Below are positions 54,557 to 64,000 of a DNA stretch of 64,000 nt, piece after piece. This stretch comes from Balanoglossus misakiensis. Taxonomy: Eukaryota; Animalia; Hemichordata. Every line of letters begins with the position of its first letter. The stretch's first letter is position 1. The DNA lies in NCBI GenBank assembly GCA_040954595.2, contig CM082587.2, forward strand, positions 12,178,153 to 12,242,152. Reading direction: 5' to 3'. The translations under genes were made by a program, and so were the position numbers. The notes below the pieces were generated by a model that ran no database searches, was not told the DNA's origin, and was given only the letters and a program-made list of their open reading frames with translations.

Positions 54557-55742
54557 CCACATGGGTTTGTTCTTTAGGTTGTTGTATGTGTTTACACTCA
54601 TCATGTTTATTGTAGAACCAGGGTCGATCAGTGAGGCAACTGCTGTTTGTTCTATCTGCACTGTTACTTGAGGCCTCCTGCCATTTGATTGTTGTACAGT
54701 GAAGCAGTATTCATCTCCCGAGCTGTCTTCCACTTTATGCACAGCTTTGACAGTTTCATCCTTGTCTACCCTATTTGCCTTGCCTTTTGATCGGTAGCAT
54801 TTGGCAAAATGGTTAGGTTTGCCACACTTCCTGCATGACTTGCCTTTAGCTGGACATACTGAGTCATGTGGATAGGTGCCACCACAATAATAACAAGTGG
54901 ACGGTCCTTTCGCTGGCTGCTGATGAGCTCTCTTTTGTTTATTTGGTTTCGGGCGTTGATGGCGCTGTTTTCTGACCGCATTCACAGATGCCGTGTCTGC
55001 ACCATTATTATGGGGTTTCTCCTCAATCCCACTAGCCTGAACCTCTGATACCTCAAATGAACGGGCTGTACTCAGTAGATTCTCTAGTGTCGTCTCCTCC
55101 CAAAGAGCACGACGTCTGAGACGGGCTGATGTGAATCCTCGTATGATTTGTGATTTGACCTCTTGATCCTTATTGGTGAAGTCACATATGTTTCTGCTAG
55201 GCGTTGCAAACAAGTGTGATAGGCATCAATCGATTCGCCGTTGTTTTGTATGGTGTCTCTGAAGATGAATCGTTCGTATTCAATGTTCCGTTTGGGTGAG
55301 AAGTACGACGTAAGCTTTAATTTGGCTGTTTCACAGCTCGTTCCTGTATCTGGTAGAGTATCAAAGAAGTCGGAAACTTCCTCACCTGCCCAGTGCAATA
55401 GCAGTGCACGTTGTCGCTTGTCATCTGTAATGTTGAATGCGACAAATGCGTTTTCTACTCTAACCATGTACTTTTTCCATCTCGTACTGGTGGTTGTCGA
55501 GACTGAATGAACAGGAAAACTCGGCATTGACGGCTAGCTGATTCTCCATGTTCTCCGTCCTCGTCGCCAAATATAGAATCGTGGGTGGGCAATAATGACA
55601 ACATGAGACACCAAGTCCGGCATGTAAGAGTGAGAGTGCCTAGCCTCATTCACGCATTTTATTCATAATGACCCGAATGTTGCATTACGTCATTTTACAG
55701 AATGTATAAAGTATAGATGCTCACTAGTGTTTGGACACTACA
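54557..55742 (-). mobile_element. Ty3/Gypsy 5' fragment, copy 4
   Basis: ORFs 55084-55527 and 54449-55213; PBS and LTR as in copy 2. Confidence 0.88.
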
Positions 55743-56260
55743 ATATACATGTGACTGCAGTGTCTTTCCAATCATGAATTTGCAAGGTGTCCTTCGGAGA
55801 AAATCTTCTGATTCTCTTTTCTGATTTGCTTTGCATATTTAACTTAATGATCTCATTTGTTGGAATTCCCTGTCTCAAATTTTTGATGATCAGTCTCTGC
55901 CCCATTGCTCATCGTCCCAACTTTCTGATGATATATGGATGATAGATGGGATCAAATCTTTGGTCGTGTATTTGCTACAAATGGTAGGTATTGGTTCGTG
56001 ATTGAGTCTTTGTGTTGTATATTTGGGGTCGCAGTGGTATGAGTTTGGATTTATGCCAATCTTTAAGTTAAGTGTTATTTGGGTTGCCGTTGAGCATTGA
56101 TGGCTTGATAAGTGGGGCTAGGGTCAATTTTGATTGGGTTTGGATTGTTTGGGCTATGATAGGTTGGGTGATGGCTAGGATTTGTGGTGGGTATAAGGTG
56201 TGGTGTAAGAGATGGAGGCATTATGGGGTCTGGTGAGGTTTTTGTGAAGGAGGCCATGGT

Positions 56261-58285
56261 GGCTGCAGAATTCAGGGCATGCTGTAGCGGTTGAATGCAT
56301 GATGATGGTAAACCACAGAGTATTGCAATGCAGTAGTCCAGTTTTGATGTGATTAGAGCATGAACCAGCATCTGGCAAACTTCCTTAGTGAGGTAACGGC
56401 GAATGTGGCTGATTTGACGCAGATGGAAGAAAATTGACTTGCAAATTGCATTAATGTGCTTATTGAAAGTGTAATTGTCGTCGAATGTCACACCTATATT
56501 CCGTGCAGAATTCACAATTTGAACACAACATGATCCAATGCTCATGTGGTTTATGGGACGAGGCGAGCGGTTGAACTGAGACCTTATCAGGAGTACCTCG
56601 GGTTTGCCAACATTTAGTTGAAGTTTATTATGTGTCATCCAGGTTTTTATTTCGTGAACTGCCCTTTCCATCTTGTCTAATGTACTTATGGTGTCTAACT
56701 GGAAGAAATATTGGTATAGTTGGTTGTCATCGGCATATTGGTGAAAATTGATGTTGTGGTGACAAATAAGTTGAGCAAGTGGTTGGATGTAGCTGCAGAA
56801 CAAAAGTGGGCCAAGCACTGAACCATGTGGTACTCCATATTGTAGATATTGAGGTTCTGACATTGTGCCATACAAACTGCTGTCTGTTCTTAAGATATGA
56901 TGAGAACCATTGTAGTGCGATGTTGGTGATGCCCAGTTTTGATAACCTTGAGATGATTGTGTCGTGATCTATGGTATCAAACACAGAGGAGAGATCGAGG
57001 AGAACCATGAGTACACATTTACCGGCATCCAGTGCCATACAAATATCGTTGTTGACTTTAGTAAGTGCTGTTTCGGTACTGTGATCCTTTCGGTACGCTG
57101 ACTGCAGTGGTTCTTGTAGTGAGTTGGTAGTCAAATATGATGTCAGTTGTTGTGCTACAATCTTCCCGATTACTTTTGACAGGAAGGTTAGGTTTGAAAC
57201 TGGTCTATAGTTCTTGAAAATGTTTTTGTCGAGCGAAGGTTTCTTGAGTATATTGGTGTGATGACTGCTATTTTAAGTTATTCAGGAACAGTTCCAGTTT
57301 TGAGTGACAAATTGATAATTGTGGCTATGATAGTGAGCAGATTACCAAGACATTGCTTATCAAGTGCTGTAGGGATGAGATCAAGTACACGTGTTTTAGA
57401 TGGAGACTGACGGGTTGGTTATAAGCTGATATGGCTGAGGAGAGGTCATTTGGAGGCTAGGACATTTGATGTATTTTGTCGAGATCATGGCTGAAACTAT
57501 CAATTGAAATGGCAGATATGACGATAAGATATTTGACGTCTACTGTGTGTTGGTTTCGGAAGAGCAAGTTTTGCATTGACAGAATTGTGATCAGAGAGTT
57601 CCAAGCAGTCTACAGAGACACTCTTGATGTTAGACGCAGAGTTAGATAAGATGAGATCAAGAGTATGACCCTTTCTGTGTGTTGGTTGTTGGACCCATTG
57701 TTTCAGATTACAGGCGCTGATGATTCCATTGAATTTCTGTGTTACTGGATTCTTATCATCTTCTAGGTGAATATTGAAATCTCCTACGATGAAGAGATTA
57801 CTTGAGCAGGTGACATACTTCTCAAGTGTTGTACTGAACTCTTCCATGAACTGTGGTGCGGTGAATTTATTATTAACTGATGGTGGTGGACGGTAGACAA
57901 GAATTATTTTCATGGAAAGTTTCTGGTGAAGAATAGTTGCTTCCGCTGCCTCAAAAGATTTAACAGAGAGAATAGGCTTCCAAGCTGTTAATTTTAGTGC
58001 TAGCTTATGAATTTAAGCTAAGCCTCCACCGATCTTGCCAACCCCAGGTAGATGTTTGACAGCATAGCCTGGTGGTGTACATTCAGCCATTACGTGTTCG
58101 TCACCAGATTCCTTCAACCATGTTTCAGTGAGTACAAGAATATCAATTTCTTTATCTGTGATGTAGTCTGCAATGTCTAATGATTTGCATCTAGCTGAGC
58201 GGACATTCCATGTAGAGAGTAGAAGTTCACACGTATTGTGGAAAGGGTGGATCTTGAATACTGCATAGTCACTCTTCAATAGATA
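56261..58285 (-). mobile_element. L2-type LINE, copy 4
   Basis: ORFs 56075-56875, 56727-57134, 57500-57913, 58013-58279. Confidence 0.92.
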
Positions 58286-59237
58286 TTTAGTGACTCGCTA
58301 ACTGTTGCGATTCGTGTGTGTGTAATTTACGTACTTCAAGTTAAATATCGCAACTAGCCGTAATGTTTGACTAGGGGGAGCACCTATACTAATGCGAGTA
58401 CCAGGGATTGAAAGTTGCACCTGTATTTTGATCCCTTAGTTATCCTTATAAGTACATTTGTAGTTTAATAACCATAGTTCTATTGCAAACCATTCTTTCC
58501 GTAGTTTCTTGTTTCAAATATTGTAATCTGAATTTATTTTGATGTTTAACAGGTGTGATTATCTGTATTTGCGGCCATTTTGAAAAAAAATTGGTTGCCA
58601 TGGAAACTCTTCAACAGATATTTAGTGACTCGCTATCTGAATTTGTTCAGTACACATTAACACACATCTGAGCCAAGTTTGGTGCTTTTATCACAAAATA
58701 CACAATCGATATGAAAATTTGGGTTTTGGTGCTCCACTACCTAAGTAACATTAAGGATGTACGTTCAATAAAATGGAAAGTATTGTCATTTTTTTTAATT
58801 GTGGATTTTTTTATTCTCTTTTGTATGTATAATGAAAATCCGTAATAAAATATAGGGGTCACCGCGCTTGTTTTTGAAATACAGAGCCATGAAATTGGTC
58901 GATAATAGAAGAAATCTGCTGACTCAGCATTTTTCACCAATGGTTTGTTTGTCTATGGCCAAAATTCTTAATGCAATTTATCTCAAAAAAGAGCGCGGTG
59001 ACCCCTATATTTTATTTGACCAATGAATTTATATTTGCTGGACTGAGCTATGTGTAAAATTTCGTGAAAATGACAATAGTAGAAGTTTATTTTCTGGCGA
59101 TTATCAATGTAATCCTATGGGAAAAAGACCGGACACGCAGTGTTTCCGGTTTATGTTCTGCACGTACATCCTTGATGAAGTTTGCTGGCTAGAGGGCTCC
59201 TAAACCTCCTTAATAGTTGACGTCTTCACTCCTACAG

Positions 59238-61879
59238 GACTGCGCAGCTGGAAGTTAAAGTTCAGCATGTTCTGAAGCATGCACGCTGTGTCCAGGGGTT
59301 TCATGTGTGGAACAGCCAGCCTCTCATCACCAACACAATGCGGACTGGGATATTTTGCCAACAATGGAAGTATAGACTGTACGCCTTGTCCTGCCCCGGG
59401 TATAAGTGCCAATATGATGGTATGTCGGAGCCAGAGGTGTGTGAAGATGGATACTACACTAATATAGATGGTGAGTCAGCACTTAAAGTTTGGGCATTAC
59501 TGTGTAATCTTTCACTTAAAGGCACGTAAGCTGTAACTTTTGGGATAATTTTCATAATTTTTGTTTAAAACTGCACTACCATTAGTCCATGCAGATGAAG
59601 GCAGTGAACTATACACAAGCATTATAAACCCTAAATATGAGTGCATATGCAAGTTTTAACCAGATAAATAATAAAGCTTTGCCGCAAGCGATTATGGCCG
59701 CCACCCTGGGAAAATGCAAGAAACAATGAAAATGTTGCATTTCCGGTTGTGAAACTTCATAAACAAAACATGATCTCATCCACTTGAGCTCATGGAAGTA
59801 AATGTACACCACTGAGACATCAGATTTCCATTTTTCATTGCAATATTGCACTTTTTTTAAAATTGCAGGAATTTTCGTTTTTTCTTTAATTTTTGGCCAT
59901 TGTGTCATAAATAAGTGTTGAGCTTGATATATTATCATGAAATATCATTTAATAGACATAATTAAAAGCATATATGAGATTATTTAAAACTTTAATTTTT
60001 TTATCCAGTTGCAGCTTACGTGCCTTTAAGGCGGACGATCATCTTATGTGCATGTACGTAATTCTGTGCGTACAAACATTACGTCCAGTCCAAATATTCT
60101 GCCAATTTTACATCCAATGCATTCAAATAGTGGACTGCTTCGCTTTCATCCAGTTTTCATGTGCATCGTATAAGTAGACTTTTGTTTTGTCCCGTCTTTT
60201 CACCAAATCTGCTCTTTTCCAAATCTCCGACACAGACTATGATCGTCACGATCTTGTCTGTTGTTAGAACAGCACACTGCCGTATGGCATTGACTGTACA
60301 CAGTTTCTGTTACCAATATCTCTGGATTGGCATTTTCCTGTCCTCAATCTTTTGCCAGGGATTTTTGTCTCCCCAACCCGCGTGAGAATCCCACGTCTTT
60401 GAAGGTATGACTGTGACTATAAGATTCTATAAATCTCTGTTTATTTTCAGCACAAACATCATGTGCTGATTGCCCAGCTGGTTACCAATGTCCAAATGGT
60501 AACACTGTGATTTTATGCTCGGCTGGTTATTACAGTTCGGCCTTGGACAAAGGATGTCTCGCTGTACCTCTTGCATAACAGGTAAACTTCTACCCACCCA
60601 CCTTTATTTCCAACATCAAACATTAGGTCAGGTAATTTACTAACTGAAAAATAGGATGGGATCATTTTCTATTTCTGTATTTAAAATTTACTGATATAAT
60701 ATATGAATGAAAAAATGACAATTTTTCCAAATTTGAATAGACCTCTATTTATGAAAATAATTAAAATTTGCACCAAATTTTTACAGTGGTATTCAAAGGT
60801 TAACTTGGTGTGTAAATTCTCTGTTTGATTTACAGATCAGCTGGTGCTGAACATTGTACTATTTGTGAGCAAGGGTACGCCTGCATAGATCCCAGTGCAT
60901 CGCAATTCAAGTGTACCAAGGGTTACGTGTCATTGGCTGGTGCAACAAACTGTACCAGATGTACAAATGGTAAGATTGTGGTACTTGTTCAGTTTGCTGT
61001 GTGATGAAACTGAGGGGTATGTGTGTTTGCATGTATGTGTTTACAACAGATTTTCAAGTCAGTGCGACTGGGGGTATGTGTGTGTGTGTATGTATGTATG
61101 TGTTTACAACAGATTATCAACTCAGTGCGAGATCTTGCGAGACCCGGTTAGCCATGTGAGATCTCGCAGAGTCTTATGATATTCAGAAAATGGTTGATTA
61201 GAAATGACGTTTAATGTCCTCCAAAGAATTTTCTACATGCCTGTATACTTGTCTCAGAATTATGAAGTGAATCATCTCAAGTAATTTGTTATTTTAAATG
61301 ACACTGTATCACAAATACATCACTAAAAACCTCATTTTCTTTAATCAGATGAAATAAGTGAGGAGCCTGCACGCACATCCTGTCTTCTGTGCCCTGCTGG
61401 ACAATCGTGTTCAGATCCAATGTAAGATCCGCTCGACTGTGGCAATGGTGAATATGCTATGGAAGGCGACGGCACATGCACGCTTTGTCCAGCGGGATCC
61501 AAGTGTCCAACCATGTCACCCGTAGTGGATTGTTCAACAGTTACTGGTAAGTTGGGCTGCAAATCACTCTTGTGACTTCCCTGTGTTATAGCATGGCATA
61601 CACAGAAAATTAAACTGTTATGCTTATTGGAGTTGATATTGTGATGCACTTTGAAAAACACAATGATTCCACTGAAGAGGTATTGTACAGTAAAACCTGT
61701 GATTACGGACATCTCTCTAATAAGGGATCGTTGGACCAAACCATGGTGGTAAAAATCGTTCTTTGAATTTTTTCTGTGATAGGTTCATACTCGCTAGGTT
61801 CGGCCACGTCCTTCTGGTTATGAATGCACAACTACAAGTGTCACACAGTGCGCTACAGGGCAGTAAAGTGCTGAAGGAG
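59238..61879 (+). pseudogene. CPAGxxC repeat gene fragment, copy 4
   Basis: Colinear with 8700-11402, same lesions. Confidence 0.8.
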
Positions 61880-62696
61880 GTAAGTCTTGAAATCCCTTTT
61901 CTTCTTGTCTCGATTTGAACATGGTTCCACAAGTTGTTTACATCACTTGTAGTTTTACATATTTTTTTGAGTTCAACAGCTAGCTATACATGGTGTCCTG
62001 AGAAGTCAACCAGTATGAGAAGTCGGTCTCGGCCAGTACGAGAAGTCGGCCTGTGGGAGAGAACCCTGGTACTTTGTGTTATATATAACTGTTTCACTAC
62101 GAAATGTTTCCTTGATGTACAGGAGCTGAGATATTTGTACAAATAGCCGATGAATTTTAAAACTGTCTGTTCACTTTTCATGTACGTCACCGGGGTACGT
62201 CAACATCAGTCACCTGCACTTCTTGAGCTGCGCCAGTAGTCTGTTCCTTGTCACGTTTGTTTGTTTGTTTGTTTGGTGTTGTCTCAGAAAGTATGAATAT
62301 ACACATACATCTTCTATGTATTTTAGTAGGCTTTGAAACAACTCCCTTTAATCAGAAATGTCACAGGAATTTGGCGAACAACCTAAGCTCCTTACGCGGA
62401 TACGGGGCTGGGGAACTGGTACGGATGCCAGACGCCATTATTTGAAATGACGCCATTGTGTTGTCAAGAATTTGGGAAATCCGTCCAAATGAAAATATTT
62501 AGTGCAATTATATTTTATTAAGTGTTGTTATAAGTAATCTGGGTCATTACTGCACTATTCGGGTACAAGTTCAACAACTGGCCGACTTCTCATACTGGCC
62601 GACTTCTCATGCGCGCGAACTGGCCGACTTCTAATCTGCCCGACTTCTCATGTATTCCTATACATTAGTGAAAATTGGGCAAACTGGTGTTTTCAG

Positions 62697-63700
62697 ACAA
62701 CTTATGAAGTCCTTGTCTCAATGGAGGTACCTGCCAACAACAGGTAAATTCTTGTACTGCCACAATTTGCATGTGCACAGAGTGTTACTAGGGAACCAGT
62801 TGTGAGACAAGTAAGTTTGAATCTGTAGCAGTTAATAATGATAATTATCATTTTTTTATTATGATTTAAACTTCACTGATGTTGTACAAACACAAAAATA
62901 GAAAGGGATAGCAGCTTAGCTCTATTCCGTTTCGAAAGTTGTTGTTCTTTTAAACTACCTGTGCATTTTTTTTATTTATTCTGATTATGCTAATATGCTA
63001 ATTTGTCGGTTTGTCACATCACAATTTTTGAAGGAAACTCACCCCTGATGATCATGGAAAATTTGACCCTTTTCCTTGCAGGACTCAACCAGTGTCAACC
63101 AAATCCGTGCCAGAATGGTGGCTTCTGTCAACCGGCTCGAAATTCCTGCTTTGATCTCACCTGCATATGTACTGGTTGCTACAAAGGTGATAGGTGTGAG
63201 ATATGTAAGTATACAGCGCAGTCTCATTCAAATACTGCATGTTTCCTGAGCATAGGTGTAGCCATCACCACAGCAGAGCTTGGAGAGTTCTTGACATCGA
63301 ATGCAAGATTACACTCTTTCCAATCAAAATCACTTTCGTGGCGCATAATGTCTTGATTGTCTTGGTTCAAGAAACATTATGCGCGACTGGCCAATTTTAC
63401 TGCCTTTTGTCAACACACATCCACTATGGAAATTCTCACTCCAGGCCAGATAGTGTAAATTTACATATGAGTCTACAGGTGTGCTTGAAGTCAAGTCAAG
63501 CATTTGCAAGGAACCCTCCTCCAGTACACAGGTCTTTGATTTCATGAAAGGAAGCCCTTGCCTCACAGTCACTGCCATGTGATCTATGGAGGTGTGAACA
63601 ACTTGATACCAGCCTAATATAAGTTGTAGGCACAGCAAACATCGTGCAATTTCTATTCATGCCAGTGTGTGAACTCTTACACAGGAGACATCTGTCAAAC
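62697..63700 (+). pseudogene. Start of the next EGF run (3 exons, the third partly deleted)
   Basis: Colinear with 12219-13373; a 151 bp deletion at ~63634 removes the acceptor and first half of the third exon. Confidence 0.85.
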
Positions 63701-64000
63701 CATAGACCCTAGAGAAAGAAGGGCGAGCAACTGCGGCAAAGATCAAAGGGTTTGGGGATTATCTGTATGATGATGTTTTTGTTGTATATAATTAACACCC
63801 AGGACAGTCGGACAATGACTTCCTTACTTCGGCACGTGTCGACCCCACCAGTGATACGAAAACTTGCCACCAAACTGGCACTACTGCATTTCAGCAGCCA
63901 CTGCGTTTTTTTCTAAAATTCTAAAAGTATTACGATGTCTGTGCTAATTATTATGGTTTGGTGTTCGTCTGTCGGTTGAACGGTCATTTCTAGTGCCACA

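Larger units (their letters stand above)
49587..64000 (+). repeat. Macrosatellite unit copy 4, cut by the window end
   Basis: Colinear with copy 3 (offset 16,985 at ORFs 42215/59200). Confidence 0.98.

Noticed and set aside
1-64000. Most ORFs in the supplied track as genes
   Set aside because: They are short, often start at non-ATG codons, and run from exons into introns or lie antisense to exons (e.g. 10864-11262). Their recurrence only reflects the tandem repeat.

Overview
Eukaryotic (animal, probably marine invertebrate; inference), AT-rich, intron-containing DNA. The whole window is a head-to-tail macrosatellite of about 3.8 near-identical copies of a ~17 kb unit. With the phase set by the window start, copies begin at 1, 16095, 32280 and 49587; the consensus unit is ~16,985 bp. 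Each unit carries two runs of + strand exons with GT-AG splice sites: 12 symmetric phase-1 exons each encoding one EGF-like module with an unusual 8-cysteine pattern, and 5 exons of CPAGxxC (Ephrin_rec_like/GCC2-GCC3-type) cysteine-rich repeats. Both runs carry stops and frameshifts shared by all copies, so they decayed before amplification. No promoter, start exon or terminal exon is visible. Each unit also holds a minus-strand Ty3/Gypsy 5' fragment (LTR, tRNA-Ser PBS, gag, protease), a decayed L2-type LINE (endonuclease and RT), a Helentron/DINE-like element and several MITEs. Copies differ by private events: three microhomology deletions, one templated insertion, one new TTAA MITE and one new Crypton-like hairpin element. 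They also share SNPs in mosaic fashion. Most ORFs in the supplied track are spurious. No intact protein-coding gene, RNA gene or CRISPR array was found.
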